This document shows, in pieces, positions 30,650-41,300 of a DNA stretch of 64,000 bases; the stretch's first letter is position 1, and each line of letters starts with the position of its first letter. Position numbers and translations under genes: made by a program. This DNA comes from Gemmatales bacterium (GTDB lineage Bacteria; Planctomycetota; Planctomycetia; Gemmatales; HRBIN36), in NCBI GenBank assembly GCA_041640595.1, contig JBEPZY010000006.1:64001-128000 (forward strand). Reading direction: 5' to 3'. The notes beneath the pieces are model-generated. The model was given only the letters and a program-made list of their open reading frames with translations, was not told the DNA's origin and made no database searches.

Positions 30650-31375
30650 CTACCGGCTCACCAGCGGCCGAATTCGCACGTAAACCTGTGTCCCCTCTTT
30701 GGGAGCCTTGCTGAGATCAAACTTGACCAGGGGTTTTGGATCATATACGGGATAGCGATTGTCAGCAATGATCCCGCCGGCACAATCGCACGGACAGGCG
30801 ATGCACCCCGTGCCCGATTTATGAATCACGCCGGAGCCGTGAAAGACGAAGTGTGGCGTCCAGGGTTTCTCCGTTGGCTTGCCCTCCACCAAGACCCGCT
30901 CAGTTACGAAATCCTGATAAGGACGCTCGACCCAACGCTCTCCTTCCTGCCAGAAAATGGAAATCTGCACCGGGTCGCCCTGCAAATAATCCTCGGGAGT
31001 TGTGGTCGGCTTCAAGCCGCTGCGTTTGCGGCCTTCCTGGATACTGTAATGCACACGCGGTTTGCAACCGAGTTGTATGAGCGCCTCGTACACCTCTTCG
31101 GTTGGGACATCCACCAGAAACACGAAATACTCGGCCATCTTCGCTTCGCCTCCCGCAGCACGAGCACACCCGACGAAGGCCTGCACCCGCTCGCCAAATT
31201 CGTCAATGCAGGGTTTGCCTTTCGGGTGTTGCACACGCGCCGAGAGAATCACTTCGCCTCGCAGCCGGTCGATCACCACCGTTCCCGGCTTGGGAAGTTT
31301 TTCCACCGGAGCCTGTGCTGGCGTAACTATGGGTAATGCCAGCACACCCGCCAGAATCCACAGTCCTCGCTTCAT
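30650..31375 (-). CDS. Exported YdjY-like protein with a Cys cluster
   Basis: Signal peptide; TGCIACPCDCAGGI resembles the YdjY TGCxxCxxxC motif. Confidence 0.6.
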   Translation of the reverse strand: MKRGLWILAGVLALPIVTPAQAPVEKLPKPGTVVIDRLRGEVILSARVQHPKGKPCIDEFGERVQAFVGCARAAGGEAKMAEYFVFLVDVPTEEVYEALIQLGCKPRVHYSIQEGRKRSGLKPTTTPEDYLQGDPVQISIFWQEGERWVERPYQDFVTERVLVEGKPTEKPWTPHFVFHGSGVIHKSGTGCIACPCDCAGGIIADNRYPVYDPKPLVKFDLSKAPKEGTQVYVRIRPLVSR

Positions 31376-31822
31376 AGTTCTACCCTCCCTTCTTTCTGAT
31401 TCTGCCACTGCAAAGCAGATTCGGGGGAACAGCGTAAGGCTCTATCCACGTGGTTCGGCTAGCACGGCAGAAATTCCGTGGAGATGACGGTTCGCCACCA
31501 GCTCTCGCTGCGCGCAACGGACACGCCGGCCTAACCGGCCCCAACTCAGGTAAAGCCCGTCCCTGGTTTCACGGGCATATCGAGGTTGAGCAACTGGGAA
31601 ATGATCGCAGACGGCTTGCGTTCCATCATAAGGTTCGACTTTACTAAGCCAGCGGCCAGCGTCAAGTGGATGAAAAACTTTAGCGCAGGTAGCGGGATTT
31701 CCTCTGTGCACTTTCCGTTTAGAGAACCGCCGCAAGCAATATGAAGATAGCGTTCCGACCGCGTGTGCCGATGTTTCGGCTGACGAGCTTCTCTCTCGCC
31801 AGGAGCATAGGAGACGCGAATC

Positions 31823-33517
31823 ATGTCCACCGCTACCGGGAAAGGGCTGCCGAACTGGTCAGTTCTCGTGGCCGGGATGCTTGTGCTCGCACATGCCGCA
31901 AGCCAACCCGATGTTAGTTTCGCTGAAGAAAAGCCTTCGACTCAGCCGGCACTCTCGTCTGATATCCTGGGCCCCAGACCTAATGCACTGGAAGAGGTCT
32001 GCTTCGATGGCACCGGTAACGGCTTGCTCAGCCGCTTGCTTTACTCCGACCTGCCCGTGGACTGGAGCCGAGTTCCTCCCGTGCGTGTCTATCCACGTAC
32101 TGGAGATTTCCCTGTGCCCCCGACCGGGCCAGGCTATTATTCCCTTTCCGACTGGTTGACTGGCAACTATCGTCAGGCTCCACCGAGGTTCCCCTATTTT
32201 CGATTTGCTCTGATGCCACCTTCGTTTTTTGATGCTGATTTCCGCTATTTAGACGATCCGAATAACACGGATTACGACTGGTCGGATTTTCTCCACCGCA
32301 TCTATATTGGAGATAACTGGCTGTTTGCCACGGGCGGTCAATTCTGGAGCCGCTATATGCACGAAGTAAACAGCCGGCTCAGCGGATTTAACAATGATTA
32401 TACCTTGATTCGCACACGTGTTTGGGCTGACCTGTGGTATCGAGACTTAGTACGTGTCTATGCAGAGTTTCTCGATGCTCATTCTTTAGACCCTGATTTG
32501 CCACCGCTACGTATAGACGTCAACCGTTCTGATTTTCTGAACGCTTTCGTGGAAATCAAGGCGGGGGAATGGGAGGACTATCCCATTTATATACGGCTGG
32601 GTCGGCAGGAAATGTTGCTCGGCTCGCAGCGACTCATTTCGACACTGGATTGGGCTAATACCCGCCGTACCTTTGACGGTATCCGGGCCTATCGGCAGGG
32701 AGAGAAATGGGATGTAGATATCTTCTGGTTACAGCCGGTTATACCCGATCCATCGCGGCTGGACTCGAAAGATAATAACCAGAACTTCGCCGGTATCTGG
32801 ACGACTTACCGTCCTCGTCGCGGCACTTTTTGGGATATGTATTATCTGTTCCTTGATAACACTAATAATACGACCCTGCGTGGACTCAACCTGGCCCCTT
32901 ATAACGTACATACCCTGGGCACACGCTATGCTGGTGACATCCAAAATCGCTGGCTCTGGGATTTCGAGGCGGCTTTGCAGTTGGGAGAACGTGGCAACCA
33001 GGATATTGTAGCCGGGATGGCTACCGTCGGACTCGGTTATGCCCGCACCGACTGGTTCTGGAGTCCGACCTTCTGGATTTATTATGATTTTGCCTCAGGC
33101 GATCGAACTCCGAACAGTGGCGATTTCAATACGTTCAATCAGCTATTCCCATTCGGACATTACTACTTAGGTTGGCTAGACTTAGTAGGTCGCCAGAACA
33201 TTCACGACTTCAACATGCACCTATTCCTTTACCCGATGAAATGGATCACCATCTGGGTGCAATACCATCGTTTCTGGCTGGTGAGTCCAAAGGATGCCCT
33301 GTACAATGCGGCTGGCGTACCAATCCGCGCCGACCTCACCGGTGCCGCTGGCAACGATGTCGGACATGAGCTGGATTTAGTTTTCAACTTCCACCTCAGC
33401 AATCATTCTGACATTTTGGTAGGTTGGTCGAAACTCTATGCTGGCGACTTTATCAAGGCGACCGGGCCGGGACAATCGCCGGAACTATTCTATCTCATGT
33501 ATAGCTTCCGCTGGTAG
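31823..33517 (+). CDS. Alginate-export (AlgE-like) outer-membrane beta-barrel
   Basis: GRQE...G.QRLI...DW.N.RR.FDG, YDFASGD and F.QLFP..H.Y.G motifs; C-terminal aromatic residue (YSFRW). Confidence 0.85.
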   Translation: MSTATGKGLPNWSVLVAGMLVLAHAASQPDVSFAEEKPSTQPALSSDILGPRPNALEEVCFDGTGNGLLSRLLYSDLPVDWSRVPPVRVYPRTGDFPVPPTGPGYYSLSDWLTGNYRQAPPRFPYFRFALMPPSFFDADFRYLDDPNNTDYDWSDFLHRIYIGDNWLFATGGQFWSRYMHEVNSRLSGFNNDYTLIRTRVWADLWYRDLVRVYAEFLDAHSLDPDLPPLRIDVNRSDFLNAFVEIKAGEWEDYPIYIRLGRQEMLLGSQRLISTLDWANTRRTFDGIRAYRQGEKWDVDIFWLQPVIPDPSRLDSKDNNQNFAGIWTTYRPRRGTFWDMYYLFLDNTNNTTLRGLNLAPYNVHTLGTRYAGDIQNRWLWDFEAALQLGERGNQDIVAGMATVGLGYARTDWFWSPTFWIYYDFASGDRTPNSGDFNTFNQLFPFGHYYLGWLDLVGRQNIHDFNMHLFLYPMKWITIWVQYHRFWLVSPKDALYNAAGVPIRADLTGAAGNDVGHELDLVFNFHLSNHSDILVGWSKLYAGDFIKATGPGQSPELFYLMYSFRW

Positions 33518-33538
33518 AGGTCGGTGCGGCGTCTCAAT

Positions 33539-34345
33539 CTAAGTAACAGGACTGTGCCAACCGCCACATTGACGTAAAACCTCTAACATTGCGTGGTGAA
33601 TCCAGCCATTGCTCGCCACGAAATCGCAGTGCTCTAAAGTATAAGGCCGGCCGTCGGGAGCTGAAACTCGACCGCCGGCCTCTTCCACTAAACAGATACC
33701 GGCACAGACGTCCCAGGGGTGAATCTCATAGCTCCAGCAACCATCGGCGCGACCAGCAGCGAGCCAGGCGAGGTTAAGGCTGGTACAACCGACTCGCCGA
33801 ACGGCCTGGCTGCGCAGAGCGAAAGCTCGCCAGGCAGCGAATACGTACTCCTTGCCGCGACAATCCGTCGGAAAGCCGGTTACTAACAACGCCTCCTGCA
33901 AGTGCTGGCAGGTGCTGACACGAATGGGTGTGTCATTGAGCCAGGCTCCCTGTCCACGCGCGGCACAAAACATTTCTCGCCGCAGCGGATCGTACACGAC
34001 ACCTGCTACCGGCACCCGCTGAGCAACCAGACCGATGGAAATCGCGTAGCAGGGTAAACCATGCACGTAGTTTGTGGTGCCATCCAGGGGGTCAACCACC
34101 CAGCATAGGTCAACCGCTTCCGCTACCTCGCCTGCCGATTCTTCTCCAAGAAAAGCAACGCCGGGCCAGCGGTTATGCAAAGTGCGACGAATAGTCTCCT
34201 GCGCGGCCAGGTCGGCTTCGGTGACCAGGTCATTACACCCTTTTTCCCGCACCGAAAAGCGAAGCCGCCACTGTTCCAGCACATCCGCGGCCTGCTGAGC
34301 CGCTTCTCTGGCTGCCTCCAGGTAAAGTTTCCAATCAGCGGTCAT
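33539..34345 (-). CDS. suhB: Inositol monophosphatase family
   Basis: LVTEAD, GEE, WVVDPLDGTTNY and WDVCAG motifs. Confidence 0.9.
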   Translation of the reverse strand: MTADWKLYLEAAREAAQQAADVLEQWRLRFSVREKGCNDLVTEADLAAQETIRRTLHNRWPGVAFLGEESAGEVAEAVDLCWVVDPLDGTTNYVHGLPCYAISIGLVAQRVPVAGVVYDPLRREMFCAARGQGAWLNDTPIRVSTCQHLQEALLVTGFPTDCRGKEYVFAAWRAFALRSQAVRRVGCTSLNLAWLAAGRADGCWSYEIHPWDVCAGICLVEEAGGRVSAPDGRPYTLEHCDFVASNGWIHHAMLEVLRQCGGWHSPVT

Positions 34346-34642
34346 GGCTTATTACAATAGCAATTGCAATGACGGCTTGTCCACGTCGCCTGGGTCACGG
34401 TTAGCTGATAGGCCGTGGCAAGCGCAAGTGGGCGGAATGCGCCGGCTGGAATTTGATTTCGTCGCCTAAGTCGTTTCTCTGAAGCGGCTTATAATTCAGC
34501 AAATGGCCAAGTCCTGGGAATCGTCTCGCAGCGGCAAGGTGCCCGCCCGTTGCCAGATACATCCACGGTGTGCGATGCTGGTAAAAAAGCTATCCTATCT
34601 AGTGGGAAGCGAGGTAACACGTAGCCATTTCCGGGGGCGAAG

Positions 34643-37600
34643 ATGAACAGCCAGGCCGTGAGACTGCTGGCGGGCTGGGCGCTGCTGGTAAGCGCGGGGC
34701 TTTGTGTTTGGGCGCAGGAAAACGCGTCCAAACCGGAAGCTCTGCCGGTGGCGCCAAAACCTGCCGTTACCTTACCGGAGTTACCGCTCCCGAAAGATCA
34801 GATTGTGGTGGTCGTGGAGGACTTAAAGCAGGCGTTAGAGCGCAGCCCGGTGCGCTGGGTGTTGCTTTCGCCGGAAGCGTATCAGAAGCTTTTGCAACAA
34901 ATGCAAGCTGGCCGGGCTACCACCGAACCATCCGTCATGCTGGCGGAATGCCACTACCGGGGACAGGTTGTTCAACCGGAAGGCAGCGTTGGCCGAGCGG
35001 TATTGCTCTTGCAAATGCGGCTGGTGTTTGCCACGACTCGTTCCGAGCAGCAGGTGATGGTCGGTCTCAAGGGAGCACGGTTAACACGAGCGGAGTTAGA
35101 CGGGGCAGCGGTGCGCTGGGTCGCAAGCGATGGGCGTCTAGCCGCGCTTGTGCCGTCGGCGGGTCGGCATGAATTGCTGCTGGAGACTGCGTTGCCGGTC
35201 TCGTATGATGCGGGCCAACGGCAATACACGGCCGTACTCGATGACACGCCTGCTGCGGTGGTTACCACTCTGGACGTGATCATCCCCGGCAAGGTGGAAA
35301 CTGCCGCAGTGAGAAACGGCGGGGGACTGCGACTTGAATTTGGCGATTGGCCCGCGCTGAACCATCGCGAAACCGCAGTCAGCAAAATCACAGGCACACG
35401 GTTACGCAGCGATGCTCTGGGCCCCATTAGCCGCCTGGAATTGGGCTGGCGTGTGTCAGAAGGCCAGCCTTCAGGCCCGGCCGGGACACTTACCGGCAGC
35501 TTGCAGGTAACCTTGCGGGGAGGAGTGGTAGAAACCGAAGCGCGTATGACCATGACCGTGCGCCAGGGGCAGGTGAACCAGATTCGGTTACGGCTGCCGC
35601 TAAGGAGCACGCAGGTTTCCTGGACTGAAGAAAGCGGCAATCTCTGGAATCCCCTTGAGCCAGACAGCCAGGCAATCGTGACGATTCGTTTTCCGACGGC
35701 GTTGAACCCGGCCAATCCTTCGCGGTCGTGGCTGCTTCGCTGGCAGCAACAAGTTCCGGAGAAAGGACCGATGCGAATCCCTATCGGTCGGTTGGAACTG
35801 GTTGATCCCGCGGGATATGAGCAGACTGGCACCATCGAGGTGTCTAACCCGGAAAACCGTCCCCTGAGCGTCATTGGCCAGCTTCAGGCCATCGAGGCAA
35901 ATCGCTTCCGTTATTTGGCTCAGCCCGCCCAGCTTGAGCTACGTCTGGACGAAAGCAGCGCTTTGCCGCCTCTCGTCGAAGTCCAGGCACAATATCGCGT
36001 GAGCGTTACCCCGAAAGTGATCCATGTCCGCAGCGACTGGCAGATCACCAGAGTGGTTCGCCTGACTCTACGCCAATTGGAAATAGATTGGCCAGAAGGA
36101 TTTGAGCTGGATCGGCGTGGTTTACCAGCCAGCTGGATCATCGAGCAGCCTCAGCCGCAAAAAGTGCACATTCGCTTCACCAATGATCAAGCCCTGCCCA
36201 ATCACGTATCGCTAGAAGGATGGTACCCACTGGAAAACGCGGACGCAGTTCCGGGCAGCAATCGCCGTGGACAGACAGACGTCGCTTCCCACTTGCCGAC
36301 CGGGAACGGGTTGCCTTTAGTGGTAAGAAAACCATTCGCCCTGCCCTGGCTGGCTCGCGCACACGGCGAACAGTACGGTCGCACTGTCCAGACCCAGGTG
36401 CAGCTACTGGAAGCAAAAGTACGTTTTCCCGAGCCTGAAGGTCCGCACCGTCTGGTTCCGTACCAGCTGGCACTTGGACCCGAAACACGCGGTTTGCTGG
36501 CGGGGTCAGGGAGGCGGTTTTACACACAGTTGCCCGTCGATTTGCCGGCCGAGTTGCAGTGGGATCGTCATAATCAGGAAGAGAAAATCGTGCTGGACCT
36601 TGTTTGGCGACGGCAACTACCCATCGTGCAATGGGAAGGAAAACTGTGCGTAACCCGCCAGAGCTGGCATCTCGAGCAGGTTTTGCGCTGGCAAGGGAAA
36701 AACATTCCGACGACCTTGAGTTTGCAAGTTCCGCCGGAACTTAAGGCCTTGAAGCAGGTGGAAGTTCGCGTGGCGGTCACCGATGGCAAGACTACCCGCT
36801 GGCAAGAAGAAAAGTTACGGCTGGAGGAAGTGAGCAACCAATCTGAGGAAGAAGCCGCTCTCCGCCGCGTGGTTCTGCCACAATCCCTGGTGGCTGGTGA
36901 TGACAAAAGCGGCTGGCGCGGATTGTCCGCCTGTGAGATTTCCGTGAGTCATACGGCGACGCTCGCTTTGGGTGAAGGTGCCGGTTCCACCCTGTCAGTA
37001 CCGATGGTGCTACCGGTTCCAACCGAGGCGGAGTTACAACGGCTGCGGTTGCGGTGCTGGCATACCACCGACCTGAGCGTCGCCCCTTTGCCAGGTTCAC
37101 TCTGGCAACCCGACGTGTCGCCCCGTCAGGTGAGCGAGCTTCCTCCCAACCTGTCGGTGACTACTACGAGCACGGATGCCCCGCTGGTGCTGCGCCTTGA
37201 TCCAGTGCAAGCCCGCCCCTTTTTGGCCGATCGTATGCTGGTACTGCTTCGACCGGTGCACGATCGAACCGGCCAGCTTGACGTTCAGGTCAAGTACTGG
37301 TTGAGTCAGCTGGGCAGTGGGAACTTGACGCTGCAACTTCCACCGGACGCTGCTTTGACAAAGGTGCTATGCAATGGCATGCAACTTTCCGCGAGTCTGG
37401 AAAGTGTTGATGCGGGAACATCGCGTCTGCGACTGGAGCTGGAGCCGCAATTCCTGTCCCGCCCTGTGCTGCTCGAGCTTGACTATCGCCTCAATCCATC
37501 ACGAGCGCAGGGCTGGTCATGGCTGGGCGGTTTGATACGCTGGCCGACGCGGTGTCGTATGCCTGTAAGCGAGCCACCGATCGAACCCGGTCTGGTACGC

Positions 37601-38287
37601 TGGGGACTGGCAGCAGAGCCATCGTTGCGACCGGCCTTCATAGCCACCTCCGCCTGGCCTGAAGAAAACTGGCGGTGGCGTTTCGACACGTGGGCCATCT
37701 GGAATTGGCTGCAATTTCCTGCCAGCACACAGACGTTGCAGAATTTAGACCAGTGGCTCACCTCGGGACAGGACGCAGCACAAGATGCCGGCACGCCGGT
37801 TTATCTCTGGAGGCAATACGGAGCTGCGGACGAGATGCAGGTATGGCTGGTGAGCAGCCACGCCTGGACTCTCGGCTGCTCGGTATTGGTGGTGATCCTG
37901 AGCGCGATTTGGATCTATGGCCCGGGCTGGCTTCGTCTCCCGATGCTGACGGTGAGTCTGCTCGCATTGCTCATTCTGGCCTGGCACAGCACCTGGAGTT
38001 TGGTTGCCGTACTGGCGGGGGCTTTACCGGGAATCCTCGTGGCAACGGTTTTGATTGCCGGTATTGAACTGCAACGCTGGTGGTGGGAGAAACGACTGGA
38101 ATGGCAGGCCGGGTTTGCACCGGCACCGTTCGGTTCCACGATACAACCGATTCCAATTGGCTCGAAAAGCCCGCCACCCGCTCAACCGCGCTCTACCGTG
38201 GAAGCTCCGGCTGGTCAGCTGCCGCAACCTCTCCCCACCAGCACCGGTCAAACCGGAAGCAAACAGTCGCCCGCACCGGCATCGTGA
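34643..38287 (+). CDS. Large exported, C-terminally membrane-anchored hypothetical protein (1214 aa)
   Basis: Signal peptide (VWA-QE), long open frame, about 3 TM helices near the C-terminus, Pro/Ser-rich tail. Confidence 0.8.
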   Translation: MNSQAVRLLAGWALLVSAGLCVWAQENASKPEALPVAPKPAVTLPELPLPKDQIVVVVEDLKQALERSPVRWVLLSPEAYQKLLQQMQAGRATTEPSVMLAECHYRGQVVQPEGSVGRAVLLLQMRLVFATTRSEQQVMVGLKGARLTRAELDGAAVRWVASDGRLAALVPSAGRHELLLETALPVSYDAGQRQYTAVLDDTPAAVVTTLDVIIPGKVETAAVRNGGGLRLEFGDWPALNHRETAVSKITGTRLRSDALGPISRLELGWRVSEGQPSGPAGTLTGSLQVTLRGGVVETEARMTMTVRQGQVNQIRLRLPLRSTQVSWTEESGNLWNPLEPDSQAIVTIRFPTALNPANPSRSWLLRWQQQVPEKGPMRIPIGRLELVDPAGYEQTGTIEVSNPENRPLSVIGQLQAIEANRFRYLAQPAQLELRLDESSALPPLVEVQAQYRVSVTPKVIHVRSDWQITRVVRLTLRQLEIDWPEGFELDRRGLPASWIIEQPQPQKVHIRFTNDQALPNHVSLEGWYPLENADAVPGSNRRGQTDVASHLPTGNGLPLVVRKPFALPWLARAHGEQYGRTVQTQVQLLEAKVRFPEPEGPHRLVPYQLALGPETRGLLAGSGRRFYTQLPVDLPAELQWDRHNQEEKIVLDLVWRRQLPIVQWEGKLCVTRQSWHLEQVLRWQGKNIPTTLSLQVPPELKALKQVEVRVAVTDGKTTRWQEEKLRLEEVSNQSEEEAALRRVVLPQSLVAGDDKSGWRGLSACEISVSHTATLALGEGAGSTLSVPMVLPVPTEAELQRLRLRCWHTTDLSVAPLPGSLWQPDVSPRQVSELPPNLSVTTTSTDAPLVLRLDPVQARPFLADRMLVLLRPVHDRTGQLDVQVKYWLSQLGSGNLTLQLPPDAALTKVLCNGMQLSASLESVDAGTSRLRLELEPQFLSRPVLLELDYRLNPSRAQGWSWLGGLIRWPTRCRMPVSEPPIEPGLVRWGLAAEPSLRPAFIATSAWPEENWRWRFDTWAIWNWLQFPASTQTLQNLDQWLTSGQDAAQDAGTPVYLWRQYGAADEMQVWLVSSHAWTLGCSVLVVILSAIWIYGPGWLRLPMLTVSLLALLILAWHSTWSLVAVLAGALPGILVATVLIAGIELQRWWWEKRLEWQAGFAPAPFGSTIQPIPIGSKSPPPAQPRSTVEAPAGQLPQPLPTSTGQTGSKQSPAPAS

Positions 38288-38314
38288 TCTTCGGCGCCGC
38301 TTTTTACCGTCGCT

Positions 38315-41300
38315 ATGCCGCGAATCCATTGGGCTTACCACGCTGTCGCAATCTGCTCGGCCCTGGTGGCCGGACTGTTTTTCAGTCCTGGCTACGGGCA
38401 GGAGCCGGAAATTCGCCATGTGGAACTGGACGCGAAAGCGGCAGAAGCACAATTGCGCCGCCAGCCCGGTTGGGTGCGGATCAGTCGCGACGAACTGGAA
38501 CGAACTCTGGCGGCGATCCGTCAGCGTCAGCAGACGGTCACTCCGCAGATCGTTCATGCCGAATATCAAGCGCGATGGGAAGACCGAGCGTTAGTCGGCG
38601 AAACACGGTGGCAGGTGTGGGTAGCTGAGGCGGAAAAAACTGCCTCGCCGAACCAGGTGGAGCCTTCCCGCGACGATACCAGTACACGCCCCGTCTGGTG
38701 GCAGTGGCAACCGTTTTCGCTGGCCCTTCGCTTGCCGGTCCGGGTCAACGGTCAACCCACACTCGCTGGTGGCACGGGTAGCGGGGAGGTAGGCATCTGG
38801 CTGCCCGATAAGCCAAACGCTACGCCTGCTGGCACAGATTCCCGTCAGGATAACGCCAACCCGGTCGCTGCGGCATTTGCTCCATCTAATTCCCTTGGTC
38901 GCTATTATGACGTGGCTTTCAGCTGGTCCGCGCGTCTGGAGGCAAGGGGCGAGGAAGAGTTCGTCGTTCTGGAATTTCCACCAGCGCCGCTGGCAAACTT
39001 TCACGTGGAATTGCCCGCCCACATCCGGCCTGTTTTACGCGATAAGGAAACCGCACTATGGAGCGTAACTCCTGTAGCCAATCGTCCCCAATGGCGGCGT
39101 TATTCCTGGGCCTTGTCTCCGGGTCAAACGCGACTGGCATTGAATTTTCGTCGCCACGTGAGCAAGCCCGGCGCGGCTCTATTACATGTCCACCAGCAAG
39201 TCGAACATTCGCTGACTGCTGACCACTGGCAAGCGCGTTACCAGCTCGCACTGGAAAGCTCTCAAGAACGCCTCGATCGGGTGATGATTCATCTCCCCGC
39301 CGGAACCGAGGTGCTAAGCGTGCAGGAGCGATTGCGGGGTTTGTCTGCGGAAAGCTGGAAACAACAAGTTACGCCGCAAGCATGTTTGCTGGAAGTGATT
39401 CTCCCCGCACTGGGTGAACGGCGTGTGGAACTGGATATCCTTTGTCGGCCTGTGCCGTTGCGGCCAGGGCAATCGCTAGCGTTTCCGCTGGCGCGGGTCA
39501 ATGGGTCGGCTTCGATGACCAGCGTCATCAGCATCCGCTGGAGTCCCGAGCTCACGTTGCGAGCCTGGCAATTCGGCGACTTTCAGCCGCAACACCCGCC
39601 GCAATTAGTACAGGAAAAAGTCTGGCAACTGACTCTCGAGCAAGCCACTTTGCCCCTGCTGCCGATTGTTTCCCTGCCCCGCGCTCAGGTGGCACGTCAT
39701 ACGGCTGACCTTTCTGTGCAAGCCGAATTTCAGTGCCACCTTGGTGTCACCGAGAGCGAACTTCGGGCCCAGCTGATTTGGTCCGTGCGCTCCGGTTCGG
39801 CTTTCAGTTTTCCGGTGCGATTGCCTGAAGGCTGGCAGGTGACCGATGTGCACCTGCTCGCCGACCACGAGAAAGCAAGCCAGGAGGAAGCAAACTGGCT
39901 GGTGCGACAGCAAGGTCAGCGGTTGATTGCGGAATTACAAAAAGGTGTGCTGACTGCTCCCGCTACTGTCCGCATGTTACTCCGGATGCGTGCAACCTCT
40001 GCCCAACCAGATTTCACTCGACGTCAGGAATGGCCCTTGCCCGAAATTGTGCCGGAACAAGTCGGTTGGGCCCAGGCCAAATGGTACATCTGGCTGGAAC
40101 GCATCCGCTATGAGACTGAGACCGAAAGACGGAGACTGGCGGGAGTGCTCCTTCCAGGACCGGCCTGGTCCATGCGTCCCGAAGACCCCGGCCCTGGTCA
40201 GGGTGGAAAATCACCTCCGGACTACGTTTTTCTGGGCCCATTGCCCAGCGGAAGCAGGATGCGAATCGAGCCGCTGACTGCCGACTATCGCACTTCGGTG
40301 GAGACTCATCTCGAAATTGCCAGCGATTTGCGACCGTCGTCGGATGCCAGTTCAAGACCGGCTCAGGATTGGCCGGGGCAGCTCTATGTGCGGTGGTCCG
40401 TACTGATCAAACCCGCCTCAGGCTTAGTCCGCTCGGCCCAGGTGCGTTTTCCAGGTGAGGTACCCGATTTGACATGGAAAGTCGTCACCGGAGAGAATCG
40501 GGTTCAGAGCACTCAGAAGCGCCTGATCAAGGAAAAATCTTCCCTCTCGGCCGGCTCTGATGAGCTTGCAGACAACCAGACTCAAGAAGCAACCTGGACC
40601 ATCTACGAATGGACATTTGACCGACCGTCACTCGCACCGATCCGCCTGGAAGCAGACTGGCTCTTTCCCTGTTTGACCGAGGCGGGCACCGTTACCGCAG
40701 AATCTTCCCGTCAAGACATGGGACGTCCACCGATCCATCGCCCGCTGTGGCGAATTCCCCTGGTATGCGGCTTGGCGAAACAGTGGTGGGAAGGAATAAT
40801 TACGGTTGGTGACTCGTTTCCGGCCAACCTGGATTTGATGGTGCTACCCGTGGCTACTGAATCCCAGTTGCCTGCCGGGTTGGTTGATGCAAATAACGAA
40901 GGCCTGCAGGAGCGCAGGCTTCATCCGCCCGAAAGGTACTACCAACCCGCCCTCGTAGTCGTCGGAGCCCGACCGCTATCGCCACCCCAACCAGTCATCC
41001 AGGGAGCGTTGCTTGGGATTTCCTGGGACGGCAGCCGGGAACTTATCTGCGACTATTACGCCTGGCTCAGGGCGGCTCCCCAGGTTGCACCCGCAGCTGA
41101 ATTGCAATTGCGCTTACCGACCAATGCAGACCTTCGGTTCGTTCGGATATTCCGTGTCCGCAACGGTCAGGCGATTCCGGCTGAGACGCTCAGCAAAGCT
41201 CTTGCCGAAGCACAGACCGGCATGCTTACATTGCCTGTATTATCCGGTGGCACGGTCTTATACCACCTTCGCTACACACTTCCGGCAACTGGTCGGCTAG

